Below are positions 11,718 to 24,388 of a stretch of 64,000 bases of DNA, piece by piece. Source of the DNA: Epithemia pelagica. Taxonomy: Eukaryota > Protista > Bacillariophyta. The stretch lies in NCBI GenBank assembly GCA_946965045.2, contig OX337237.1, forward strand, positions 2,728,001-2,792,000, written 5' to 3'. The position numbers were made by a program, and so were the translations under genes. The first letter of the stretch is position 1; the number at the start of each line of letters is the position of its first letter. The notes under the pieces were generated by a model. The model was not told the origin of the DNA. It ran no database searches and worked only from the letters and a program-made list of their open reading frames with translations.

Positions 11718-12739
11718 ATGTCCAGTTCAACCGAATTTATGATCAACTTTATGGCCGGTGGTGTCTCTGGTGCTGTCGCCAAAACTGTAAGTCGTCGTTG
11801 CGCAGTTTCTGCTATTCCCTTAATTATGGAGTGGCTCATGGGATTTGATCGACTCAATCTCTATGTTTCTCGTGAATTTTGCTATTTCGTCAGGCCACCG
11901 CTCCCATTGAGCGTGTCAAGCTTTTGATCCAAACCCAGGATGCCAACCCCAAGATTATCAGTGGAGAGGTGCCCCGATACACTGGTATCGTGGACTGCTT
12001 TGTCCGTGTGGCCCGCGAACAGGGTATTGGTGCTTTCTGGCGTGGTAACTTGACCAACATTATCCGTTACTTCCCCACACAAGCCTTCAACTTTGCCTTT
12101 AAGGACTCCATCAAGGCCTTGTTCCCCAAGGCTGACAAGAAGACTGAATTCGGCAAGTTCTTTGCCATCAACATGGCTTCTGGTGGTTTGGCTGGTGCCG
12201 GATCTTTGATGATTGTGTACCCCCTCGATTACGCCCGTACTCGTTTGGCTTCTGATGTCGGTGGTGGAAAGCAACAGTTCAATGGTCTCTTTGACTGTCT
12301 TGTCAAGACCGTCAAGGGTGGTGGTATTTCTGCCCTTTACAATGGTATTGGTGTGTCCATTGTTGGTATCATTCCTTACCGTGGTGTCTACTTTGGTTTG
12401 TTCGACACCCTCTCTGGTTACAACCCTTACCAGAAGGACGAAAACGGCCTCTACCGTGCCGCCTCCAAGTTTGTCTGCGCCCAAACTTCTGCCATCTCGG
12501 CCGGTTACGCCTCCTACCCCTTTGATACTGTCCGTCGTCGTTTGCAAATGCAATCGGAAAAGCCCAAGGAAGAATGGGTGTACAAGGGCACCATGGACTG
12601 CTTCTCCAAGATTATGGCCAACGAAGGTGTTGGTGCCTTGTTCAAGGGAGCCGGTGCCAATGCCTTGCGTACCGTTGGTGCCGCTCTCGTATTGGTCCTT
12701 TACTCGGAAATCACGGCCGCCTTTGCCCCCAAGAAGTAA
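11718..12739 (+). CDS. ANT: Mitochondrial ADP/ATP carrier (adenine nucleotide translocator)
   Basis: Exons 11718-11786 and 11894-12739 (GTAAG..CAG intron, phase 0) give [38 protein letters not shown]. Three carrier repeats (PIERVK, PLDYAR, PFDTVR) and RRRLQMQ, a variant of the RRRMMM signature. Confidence 0.97.
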
Positions 12740-13483
12740 ATCGAGTCGTCGTCGTTGTTCTTCCTTTACAGTCACTACTACTACATCACATCTTGCAGCA
12801 ACACTTTGCATATTATAAACAACGTTGTCTTCTTATCCAAAAGAATGGAGCACGTTTAACTACAATTGTTTACTTTTTGTGTGTTGTAGTTATTTTTCTG
12901 AAATTGGTCATGGGTATTTCTGGTTGGTACAGATTTATAGGATTCTGAGACAATTTAACAACACGACCTTGCTTGTTCATTCACTGACGCGCAGGTCCAT
13001 GGCATTTCGAGGAAGATCGCATCACTTTTCGGAAGTACTCTCTATGTTGGATGATTGATGGAAAGAAATATTGCGTTTCTTGGATGGTCGAGTGCGTTGA
13101 GACCTCAGCATTTACTAGACATGGCGGGCGGAGGTCTGTTCCCTGACTATGACTTACGGTAGTATTGTCCATGATTCCCCATAAGGTAGAGATGTAGAGA
13201 GAGGGCGGGACTGCTGTCCGTTCCAGTCGCGAAAACATTCCATGACATTCCCGGCAACCAAAAAACGCTGACAATGTGCGAGGTCGACAGACTAACAGTG
13301 TGGACAATGGCGGTTTGACTTTGACGTTGAGAGTTGAGAAAAGAAATTGAATAAATCGACAAGCACGCACTGATCATATTTCTTCCGTATATCTACGGCA
13401 AGATCGCAGCAACAGCGACAATTGACACTACAACGACATTTTCGACATGGAATTTCTTCCAAAATAATCGATAAGTCAAGATA

Positions 13484-15768
13484 ATGGATACAGCTTCTGA
13501 TGAAAAGAAGGGGACAAAGGATGAGAACAACGGCGAGATACAATCGGAAAGTCCTAAAAATGTGAGGGATCCTCGAAAACCTACCCATTATGAGTTGCAT
13601 CACAAGAAACGTGGTATGAAACCTCGATCACGTCGCAACCGCAAACGACCCAAATCGGAAGTCTTGTCCAACAATGAAGCTCTGCAGATTTCGTCGCGCA
13701 TTGTTCAAGTTCCGAGAGACTCTGGAGAGGTACCGGAGGGACAATCTCCTCTGTTTCTTCGTTTGTTGGATCCCTATCTATATACCTTTACCTCTCATGC
13801 CAAGGCTCGGTGGGTCGGAAGAAGTCTTTTGGATGTTTATGCCACCGAATTTGGTAGTTACCCGGAATCCTATTATCGTGCGGCCATTGACCAAGGAAGA
13901 ATTTTGGTGTCGGATCGCAAGGTGACACCCAGTTATTGTATTCAACGATCCGATGTCTTGTGTCATGTCGTTCATCGACACGAACCAGCCGTGGCCGTTT
14001 CCAGTCCAGAGGCACCCTTTATCTCCATTGTGGGAGAAACCTCCACGTTGTTGGCCGTTGACAAACCTGCCACTCTCCCTGTTCATCCCTGTGGAGGATA
14101 TCATCAGAATTCACTCATTCCTTTGTTGGAACGCAGTCTCGCCGTCGCCAATGAAAACAACAACAACAACCAGTCGGGCTCTTTTCAAAAGTTGTACACC
14201 ATTCACCGATTGGATCGATTGACGAGTGGATTAACGGTGTTGGCCAAGACCAGTCACGAAGCACAAGTGTGGGGCAAGGCCATTCAACAACGACACTTGT
14301 GTGAAAAGATTTATTTGGCACGTGTTCGAGGTAGATTTCCCCAGAACTGCCCCAACACTATTCCGCGCTTGAAACCACAAACCATCTCCCAGGCAAATGT
14401 CAACTTGATGGATGGGGATCATCACAAAGCCAACAAGGACAATGCTGTCAACCAAAGCGGAAATACACCTATTGAAGCTTGCTGGCCTTTGTATGGAGAG
14501 TGGATAGGAAGTGGTAACATGGCCACCGCCACGCTATCCAAATCACACCATAGCAAAGCGGATACACTGCCTTCGGTTGAAGAAGCTCGACAACGCAATG
14601 CCTACGGATATTGGATAGGCTCCAAAAATGCTCACGAAAAGCACGGCATGGAGAACGGAGAGGAAGAAGAACACGAATACTCTCTATCACAGATGGCATT
14701 CGAGGAGCATTCTGTGGATATGATTTTACAACGTGGCATTGCTGATGAATCAACACCCTCGACGACTACCAACATCAAAAAGACTGAAACAAACTATAGT
14801 CCTGAGACTGACACAGATTCTTATGCTGTGCATTGGCTACATTTTGCCTGTCCTGTAAGGATTGCCGAACCCAAACGGGGAGTTTGTGTAAGTAAGATGT
14901 GCTGGTACGAGCATGGATGAATCATGACGCTGTAGAACTTTTGTTCTCATCTCGCTTTGCCTTTTGTTTTCCCCTCTCACTCATTTGTCTCTGGTTGTAA
15001 CAATCTTCTGGATTGTATTTGGCATTACAGAAAAGTGGACGATTCGAAGATTTGGACAATGATCTCTATGCCAAAACGGTCAAACCAGCACAAACCTCGT
15101 TCACTGTCGTGGAATACAATGAAGAATCCGATTCGACTGTGGTTCTTTGTCGACCTTCCACTGGTCGAACCCACCAGATTCGATTGCATTTACAGCATCT
15201 TGGTCATCCCATTGCCAATGATCCCAATTATGGTGGAGAATTGTTCTTTGCAAATGACAAAGGCCGACGGGCGTGTGAAAACGCTCAAGAACAATTGACC
15301 AAAACAACAACAAGCAATGATGGTGAGAAAGCAGGAGCAGGCAAAGAAGAGTTAGAGGAAGAAGAATCAAAAGGAGGAGATGAGTCATTTAGCGACAACT
15401 GTAGTGGCAAGAGAAGGCAAGAAGACGATCATACTCAGTTACTGGTGAACAGCGATACTCCAGCCACTGCACAAGAAGTTTCTGAGGTGGAAACAGCGGA
15501 TCCATGGGATGAGACAAAGGAGTCATTGCACGAGTACATTGCCCGAACCTGCATATGGTGTGCTCGATGCAATGACCCAGTATTAGAATATCTGGTACGA
15601 AGTCCGGGAATTTGGTTGCATGCGTTGCAATACACCATTCGATCCGACCAGAACAAGCATGGCGACAACGTCAGCATCAGAAATGGGGAAAGTATTTCCT
15701 TTCGAACCGATCTCCCAGAATGGGCCATGCCAAACCGAAAGAAAAGAATGGTGGATGAAGAGGCATAG
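13484..15768 (+). CDS. RluA-family RNA pseudouridine synthase
   Basis: Exons 13484-14887 and 15031-15768 (intron 14888-15030, phase 0). Motifs [26 protein letters not shown] (catalytic Asp), [33 protein letters not shown] and IWLHALQY. Confidence 0.92.
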
Positions 15769-16296
15769 TCGGTGCCAACGAAGAGAGAACAGGAATGCTA
15801 CGGGCTTACCGCTTGTCCTGGTCGGGAATCAATCAACATGGGGCACTTTGACTCGAAGCTTGAATAGACCATGTTGAAGGAGGTTCACCCCCGGACATTC
15901 CACCTTCTAATGATGACTTTCTTCGCTCCACCTACTACTTGCTGCTTGTTGACATTGGCAGTTGACAGATCTACTCTATTCCCGGTTCCCGACTTCGGAG
16001 AATAAGTGATGGTGGCTTGGGTTGTTGGGGGAGAGGCACAAAATAGCCCTTGTGCGACTGCTGATTGCCGATGGTTGCTACGAGCTCCACCGCACGAAAG
16101 TTCTTCGCGCAGTAGCCCGTGCTTCACCAACTGATGAGACTTCCGCCCAACGAGATTCACTACACCATACATTTTCCAAGAGTAAAATGAATTGCCCCTC
16201 ATCCACGGTTGATTTTCTCGTAAGGTTACCTCGTACCGATGAAACCTCTCACCATGATACGAGTATGCGATTACCCTTCCTGTACGAGTGGTAAAA

Positions 16297-19038
16297 CAAC
16301 AATCATACTAGTGCAAAATGTACAAACCGCTTCCTAATGATAAGCCTATTTTATGTTACCACCACCACTGCTGCTTGTGGTCGTTGTTATAGGAGATTGT
16401 TGCATTCAGCCGAGACGAGGAGTTCATTGTTGAGTTTGGCCCCGTTGTCGTGGCACCGGATTGTCTCTTTCAGCCAAACCAAGGAGTTGATTGTTGCGCT
16501 TGTTGTAGAACCGTAGAACTGAGAGAGACAGAGATGGAGAGCAGCTGGTGATTGGTGTGTTTGTTGTCATTGTCATTATCGTGGCCCCGAAGTGTTTCAC
16601 TCGGCCGAACCAACCAGTTGATTGTTATGATGGGGACATGCACTGCCACGCGAGGCCAAAACCAATTGGTTACATGTACTTGGTTGTGTCTGTGGTCATG
16701 GTTGTGGGTGTCGTATCATCATCACCATCCGATGGCTCGGTCGTTGTGGTTGTTGGTTTTGTCGTCGTGATTCTCCATCCTGTTCTGGTTGTGGCGACAT
16801 CGGCCGAGGAGGCTGCCAAAAAGTGAAGGGAAGTCTCCCTCCATTGTTGCACCATAACACTACCTTTCAGTTGTTTATTGTTGTGTTCTTAGGTCCAGTA
16901 CAACCTCGCTGTTGTTGTTGTTGTTGTTTCCATCTGTGGTCCTGTCTTGGTCGTTGTCGCCGCTCATCAACTTGTCGAACCAAACAGTTTGCCGCTCCCA
17001 AGGCTCTTCGACCAAGGCCACCACAGCTCCACGGCGTCCACTCCTTCTTCTTCCTCTCGAACTCTGTTGTCGGAAGCAGCCGCACCACGGGCATCACCAT
17101 CCTTGATGGCAGTAGAAGCCCCTTCGACCCACGGTTGACACTTGTTTTGTTAGGACTAGTCAGGCTTTTGTTGCGTTAGAACCACCAACGGACGAGGCGC
17201 GCATTTGTTGTGTTCGGACCAATCGATGACGACGAGTTGATTGATGCGAGAAGAAAGATGCTGGATTCATTATATCGATTGCCATCCTCTTCTTTCCACG
17301 GTCACTTCCTTCGCTCCGGTTGCCAAAAATGGAAGGTCTTCCAAATCTTCCTGTAGCTCCACAGATTTTCACAGTTCATCCCTTCCCGTCCATTCCCTCA
17401 CGGTACACATGAAGATCAAGCTTCCTGGATGGTCGGCGGAGTGCTTGCACCTTTCGTTGGAGGTGCACACCGGCTTGAGTGTGCCATGGTGGTGTTATGC
17501 AGTGCAAAATGACCGTAATGCTCTTCCTACCAAGTTAGAATCACTATAGAAAAAACAGTGGAGGCCCTGAAAGCACGGATTACTGCGCGATGAACTTTCG
17601 TGCGGTGGAGCTCGTACTCCTTGCTACCCGCTCTCTACCTTTCTACGCATATCTGCATTGTACTCCCAGGGAGTACTGCCATTGTACTACTCCTTGTTTG
17701 CTGGTGTCTGTCGAAAGGTGTCCCAAACAATATACGGACTCCGGGGGCCGAAAAATTCCCCCACAGTTAGCCGTGCTTTTCATACTTGTACTCCATTGTC
17801 TATAGTTATCTGGGCCGGTGGTTTAGGAAACCACGGTCATGATACACAACATGGCAAACTCAAGCCGGTGTGCACCTCCAACTAAAGGTGCTAGCACTCG
17901 ACCACCACGGAGTCCTCAGAATCAAGTGTACTGTGACGGAATGAACGGGTGGCGATGGGTTGGCCATTTTGGTGGACCGAAGGCAAGGTTTTTAAGTCTT
18001 CCAAATCCTGGTGGGAAGGAAGCAACAAGATTACCAAGATTGGAGTCGGAGAATGATGTAATGAAGAAAGATTGCAATGAGGGACGACAATGGAAGCTCC
18101 TAAATGGATGGATGAGTCGTGGGAGAGCAGCGGCAAGGACACACGGCAATCAACTGGAGGATTCTCGTCTGAACAAAACAGTCGGCCGCAACAACGACAA
18201 CACCAACAACAGACTGTCTCTCAATGTTACGAGACCACAAGAACCCAGCAACAACCGGCCACCTTGTGGAAGTGAAGGGTCGAGTCCATCATCATGGCTG
18301 CAACAACCGCAACAACCTCAACCACAACAAAGACAGCGACTGATTTGTGGCACCACACGACGAGTTGGACGCGAAGTGAACCATTGTTTCCCAACGACGT
18401 GAAGCCCACGACCACAAAACCAACATCCACCACGACCATTCCATTGGATGGTACAAGACAATGGCACCAATGCATCATTCAACTACTCTAGACCTCCAAC
18501 AAAACCTAAATGCAACAATCCACTCCTCGTTTTGGCCACAACGACAACAACATCCAATGCAACAATCAAAAGCGGGAGGATCTTGACGACAAAACCAACA
18601 GCCACAGCGAGCGAGCCATCGGATGGTAATGATGATACGACACCCACAAACGTGACAACAGATACCACCAACCACACAACCAACTGGTTTTGGCCTCGCG
18701 TAGCATGCATGCCCCCATCGCAACAATCAACTCATCGTTTTGGCCGAACCAAACAATCCGGGGCCACGACAATGACAATGGCACCAAAAGCAACAATCAA
18801 CTGCTCTCCATCTCTGGTTCTTTCAGTTCCACAGTTCTACAACAAACACAACGATCAACGCCTTGTTTCGGCCGAACGAGACAATCCTGTGCCGCGACAA
18901 CGACAACAAATGCAACAACCAACTCCAAGTGAAACCATCACCTATACCCATGACAACAAGCAGCAGTGGTGGTGACTACATAATATAGGCTTATAATTAA
19001 TAAGTGGGTTGTATATTTTGCACTTGTATGATTGTTGT
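16297..19038. repeat. Long imperfect inverted repeat; arms ~16297-16800 and ~18560-19038
   Basis: CAACAATCATACTAGTGCAAAATGTACA... at 16297 is the reverse complement of ...TGTATATTTTGCACTTGTATGATTGTTG near 19038. The shared blocks CACCACCACTGCTGCTTG and CCATCCGATGGCTCG occur in inverted orientation. Confidence 0.8.
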
Positions 19039-19043
19039 AAATC

Positions 19044-19255
19044 TACTTTAATAGCCAGGTTGGGACGAGGAGGAGCTAGGGTGTGAGGAGTGGCTTAACT
19101 CCGAGAAGGGCAATAGCGACGAGGAGTGGACTGCCCCTGTGAGATCCGCGTAAGCGGATCGAGGGGGCAGTCCACGACGAGAAGCTATTGCCCGACGAGG
19201 AGTTAAGCCACGAGGAGCGCCCTGCGACGAGGAGTCCCCCGGGGCTATTAAAGTA
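19044..19255 (+). other. Rod-like nested hairpin (~212 nt) at the left end of element A
   Basis: Nested stems TACTTTAATAGC/GCTATTAAAGTA, GGGAC/GTCCC, GTGGCTTAACTCC/GGAGTTAAGCCAC, GGGCAATAGC/GCTATTGCCC, GTGGACTGCCCC/GGGGCAGTCCAC and GATCCGC-GTAA-GCGGATC, separated by purine-rich G..A loops. Confidence 0.95.
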
Positions 19256-20221
19256 TGTTAGCTTCCTTTGTCACGAGGAGTCGTGCGGGCGCACCCTAGG
19301 TAATTTTCGGTCTTCCTAAGTGATCGTTTATCTCTATCGATACTTAGTAATAGTTGGCCTATTTAGCTTTTTACATTCGCGCCGGTACAGTGTTAGTTAG
19401 GTATCTTGCTTGCGTGCTTGCGCACCTCATCCGATTGCTCGCGTTTCTCAATAAGCAACATACTGTCGTGCTTGCGCAACAAATCCGATGGCTCGCGTCT
19501 ATCAAATAGGTACATACGACAAGTCGTGTTGTTTACATAGGCGTGACACAGGAATACATAGGTAATGTCTATATATTACTTAGATCCCCCACCCCCCAAC
19601 GGACATTCCCACGATAATCTCTCACAGACGACACATTTTGTGCAACAACAATGCAACAACATGATGAGAAAAGGAAGACAACCGACCATGGTGACTCCTC
19701 CTCCTTCTGGTGGAGTTGCTCATGCTTCCAAACAGGTTGATTGTGGAGTCATAGACCTTTGCACCCCTCCTGATGTAATAGATCTTTGTAGTTCGTCTTC
19801 GTCGTCTAGTTGCTCATCAGACTCTTCGGGCGAAACTCTCGTCTTTGTCACCAAGGACAATGCAACAGACGAATGGGATGGCAATCTCTTTCGCCGCTCG
19901 GAACTCTACCACGACTGTACTGGGTCATCCGACGACTTCAGCACCTGTAGTTCCGACCCTTGGATCATGGAAATCCTACAGAGACGGTAAGTTTTCGCCG
20001 CGTTTCCCACCATTGTCGTGTGTTTTCGTTCCAGACGTCTTCCCAAAATTTCAAACCACCTGCCGTGCGCGCGCGCATGGTTGAGTCGCTGTTCTGTTTC
20101 CTACTGATTCCTACGTGTAACCTACGTGTCCGCACTTTCTCGCAAGTGTCACCGTCTTCACTTTCCTCACCCTCATTTTTCATTGTGCATCGTTTTTTCA
20201 TCGTCGTTTCACAGCCTGACC

Positions 20222-23200
20222 ATGGCGACTCGACAATCTCGCCGCCAACTGGAGCGGGCGGCCGCAAGAAACAATGTGGACGCCACAAACTCAACCAATA
20301 ACGTGAACCCGTACCGAAATCCCGGCCGCCCACCCAACAACCGTGCCAATCGTCCGCCATTAACGGAAGTGAACCTTCCTCCTTCCCGAAATCCTCGTCG
20401 ACAACCACAACAACAAGACAACATCCAAGCTACAGAGCAATCAAAGTAAGTGACAGTATGTTTTGTTTCTATTCTTATCTGTCTCATTCTAACCACCATG
20501 TTTCCTTTTTCCCTTCAGCAATGTTGCGAGGCCTGATCCTTCTTCCCGTCGTCACCAGATCGAAGGTCTCGATCTTCCCAATGGCGCCAACGACGCCCTT
20601 CTCAACGCCGCAACGGTTGTGGAATCTTGCAAAGTGGATACCAAGCTTGTATCCCAAGCTTTGGTCAAACGGAAGCATCTGACATGGGATGCCGAAAAGG
20701 GCTCCATGCGGATTGGTGAGGTCACCTTCAACCCGCCCACCATGAACTCTTCTCGTGCACGTTCGTTGGCCGCCTGGAGTCAATATTGTCGTCTGTCTCC
20801 AACCATATACGGCAACAACACCTTCACCATCCGTGACCTCACTGGATGCAAGGCGTCATACGACAAAGAAAAGGCCGCCTCCGTCAACAAATTTTTGGAG
20901 TGTCTTCAAAAGCATCACGAGATGCACTTTCTTCTTGAAATCGTCGAAGATATCGATGAACTGTCGGGTGGAGATACACCAACGCCGCTCCTCTTTCTTG
21001 CTCTCCGCGGAGTGAAGACTCCATCGAAATTGACATTGTTGAATAGTTGCGTAATGGTTTTTCTCGTGAACCATCGAATGCGGGGTTTCAATATGGAAAC
21101 GGATTCGGTGGAGGACCCCAAGTTTTTCTTCCAGCCCAACACAACAATGAAGATGCTGAACCATCTCTTTGCTCTTCTTAAAACACACGGGATCGTGATC
21201 GCTCAAAGTGATCTCAAACATGGGCTTGGCAATTACCATGCCTACCTTGCCGACATTTGGAACAAGGCAGCCCTCGTCCGACCCGAATTTGGCCGCCTAC
21301 CCAATCGTGCACCAACGGCATTCGACGACGAAGAAAAGATGCGGACATGCGAGCCGGAGCTTCGGCCGTTCGAAGACGGCGAGTATTCCACGGCTTTGAG
21401 CATGGGAGTCTACAAGACTTCCCGAGACTTCGGTCTCCGCGGCCCAGAAGTAAGTTGTTGTTTGTTGTTGTTGTATTTGTTGATTGTCGCCGTTGTTGTT
21501 GCTGCTGTTGTCTAACAGTTTGGTTGTTGCATGTTGTCTCCAGATAAGACTACTTAAAGTATCCGATTTAATTTTCAAGGCGTGTCTTGACAAATCGTAC
21601 GGAATGTTGGCTGGGCTTCCCGCGATTATTCTCAAAGAATCTGTGCTTGAGAAATCGTCGCACCTCGCGACGAACAATCTCGCCTTTGATCGAGTCGCCA
21701 ACGATACACAAGACTCGTCGCACATGATCATCGACAACCCAGATGATAAGTTTGCGACGTACAAGATCCTCTTGCACATCATGAAAGTGGCGCACCCGCC
21801 AGGATGGCAGGGTCTGCTGTTTCTAGAGCAGATACCCGCAAAACACCTCAAGGCCCGCAAGGATGGTGCGAAGCACCTCGGTTGGACTGAGCTCGTCCCC
21901 GAGACTTCACAGAATGACGCGGATGGATCTGGCTTCAAGTGTGCGGGTAGATTGGGCGTGAACTGGCCGTTGAGGAATGCCCGTCAACTTGCCATTCGTT
22001 GCAAGTTTGACAACGCCGAGAAGGTGACGTTCCGGACCGGCCGACGCACCGGAATCTCGAACGTTGCCAACTGTGGAGTACCACAGAAGTCGTCGAACTC
22101 CTTCGCCCGTCACAAGTCAAGTGAGGTCAACGTACTGTACCAGGACGTCTCGAAAGAAAATCATGTTCGGACCGTCACGGCCAACTGGTACCGTCCACCC
22201 GAAAAGAGCGACGAGGCCGACAAAGAAAACACGAAGAATGGTACGTAGACTCATTGCATGAATCACTCTTTATACTTTGTTACTAACTACTCTGCTATTA
22301 TGTTTAGATGAGGAGGGATCCAAGAAGAAAGAGTCAAAAACCGCTTCATCCCCCTCGTCCTCGTCGTCGTCCTCCACCGACATTGAGGCCTTTATGAAAA
22401 AGGCCAAGAAGAAGATTCGCCGTCGCAAGGCGTTGCAGCAGCTCAAGGCTGCCAAGAAACAGAATGACGATTCGTCCATCGAAGACGAGGATTCATTGGC
22501 GCGAATCCTTCGTCTCTTGGACGAAAAACCATCCAAGTCGTCCAAGTCGCAAACCCATGGTAAGTTGATTGTTGCTTTGTTGTTTTCTTGGTTGCATCGA
22601 TCTCATTCCGTCTTCTCTTGACCACAGACACCAAATCCAAGAAAAAACGCAAGAAGAAGAAGAAGAAGAAGAGTAAGTCGATCGCGGACTCATCATCATC
22701 GTCATCTTCATCGGATGGCATGCTTGAAGTTCTTTCCCGATGTCAAAAGAAAAAGAAAACTTCTCCGCCCTCTACCATCGTTGGTACGTAGATTGTTTTG
22801 TTTTGTTTTGTTTGATTGTTGCTTTATATGTTCTCACTGCCATTCCCTGTTTCATCACCTTCGTCCACTCCAGTGGCTTCTTCAAAGCCTCCTCCACCAC
22901 CTCCAGTCGAGCATGAAGCGCCACAACCGCCACCACCAGTCGTTGTACCACCACCACCACCAACAACAACAACCACGGTGGCCGTGCAACCACCACCAGC
23001 TACGTCAACAATGGACCAACATGCACCACCTCCAAACAGTGCAACAGTCCAAGCACCAACAACAACCACCGTAACAGCCATGAAACAACCTCCACTGCCA
23101 TCTACTGTTACGGCCACGCATCCACACCCAACAGCAACGACTGAGCAACAGCCACCACCACCACCACCACCAACCATTGCGACCACGGAACCAACGGTAT

Positions 23201-23715
23201 CCGCTGCAGCTCCACCAGCCATTGCGACCACATCAACGTCGCAACCACCTCCACCACCACCAACCATTGCAACCACGGAACTGCCACCACCACCCACAAA
23301 TGTGCCATCGTCAACGGCCCTTGTTCCGACGGAACACCACACCAGCCACCACAATCCCTCTCAGAATCATCACGGTGGATATCATCGCAATGACGGTAGT
23401 CGAGACCGCGGGGTTGATTGTCGTGTGGAGGAGCACCATCGTGTTGCTTATCATCGCAACAACTGGTACTCCCCACCTCCACCACCATCCGACTCGCCGC
23501 CATATCATCCTCATCATCATTCCCACCACCATTCTTCCCGAGGATACCACCACCGCCCGTACACTCCATCGCCACCACCCCCACCGTACTACCGTGACCA
23601 CATCCACCACCGTGGTGGTGGATACACTCCACCACCTCCACATCATCATCATCATCACCATCATCGTGGTTCGCGTTACCATGGCGGTAGCCATGGATAC
23701 GGCTACCACTATTGA
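20222..23715 (+). CDS. Tyrosine recombinase (Crypton-like) with a long low-complexity C-terminal tail, ~1033 aa, 6 exons
   Basis: Exons 20222-20445, 20519-21449, 21544-22240, 22308-22559, 22628-22783 and 22874-23715; all introns are GT..AG and phase-compatible (3102 nt). YR motifs FGLRGPE|IRLL..SD (Arg), EKSSH (Lys), FRTGRRTG (HxxR-like) and ARHKS...VLY (His, with Tyr at 22138). Confidence 0.8.
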
Positions 23716-24388
23716 AGTACCATAGTATTCGGTACGTTTGCTGTTGTTGTTGCATTCTTGTTGATTGCTGTATCATTGTTCTTACCCCTTTATTCACTCT
23801 TTTTGACAGATTGATGTCGCTATTGCTCTTTGCATGACCATTTGGGTGGTGGTCTCTAGCTTGACGTCTCGAAAGGTACGTGAGAATTAGATGATGACAC
23901 TTGTTCCGCGTTCCACTCCACGTTACGTACCAGTTTCTCACACGTTCACGATTTTTGTAATTCTGTCTTGGCATGAAATTTCGTGGTGCATCTCTTTGCT
24001 ACTGAATTTTCCGTGTCGTGTGAAAACTCGTCTGTGTCGTGTTTCAATTATTGCCTACATTTTGATTATTGTTTTTTGGTCTCTGTGTTTCCGTTGCTGT
24101 TGCTGGTGCTTGCTGCTTGATTCGTGTGGTGTTTGTTTGTTGTGCTCTTCTTTTTTCCGTTGGGTGCACCTCTTGTTCGCTTTGTGCTCTTTCCCGTATT
24201 CTCTCCCTGTGGATTTCCTGGGTGTACTACTTTTCTGGGTGTACTACTTTCCTGGGTGTACTACTTTTTCATTTTGGGCTATTCTAATTTTATACACTAA
24301 AATAAAAATCCAAGTACAGTAATTTTTAGGGCTTATGTAGTGTGGGTAGCGTTTTGGGAAAGGTACGACGACGAGTGGTGAAGGTAGT

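Larger units (their letters stand above)
19039..24388 (+). mobile_element. Tyrosine-recombinase (Crypton-like) DNA element, apparently autonomous ('A', 5350 bp)
   Basis: The left end AAATCTACTTTAATAGC plus hairpin and the right end ...TACAGTAATTTTTAGGGCTTA..GTAGTGTG...GACGACGAGTGGTGAAGGTAGT are shared with the shorter copies at 24389-25396 and 35877-37464. It encloses a spliced YR gene. Confidence 0.85.

Noticed and set aside
11882-12818. Long antisense and alternative-frame ORFs over ANT (309 aa, 201 aa)
   Set aside because: Shadow ORFs caused by the strong codon bias of a highly expressed gene; no domain features.
19063-19240. CRISPR-like array suggested by recurring GACGAGGAG
   Set aside because: The repeats are only 5-9 nt, and the 'spacers' are mutually complementary stems. 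There are no cas genes and the context is eukaryotic.
19565-19990. 141-aa ORF inside element A as a second gene
   Set aside because: Low-complexity (poly-Ser, repeated VIDLC) with no recognisable domain, and no homologous copy in the window to test it.
22824-23974. Gly/Val-rich minus-strand ORFs (176, 288 and 132 aa)
   Set aside because: Antisense shadows of the CCA/CAC-rich exon 6 of the YR gene.
19039-24388. Helitron interpretation (A|TC start, ..TAG|T end, hairpin)
   Set aside because: No Rep/helicase ORF, the hairpin is at the 5' end rather than subterminal 3', the end is GTAG not CTRR, and the empty-site comparison fits recombination.
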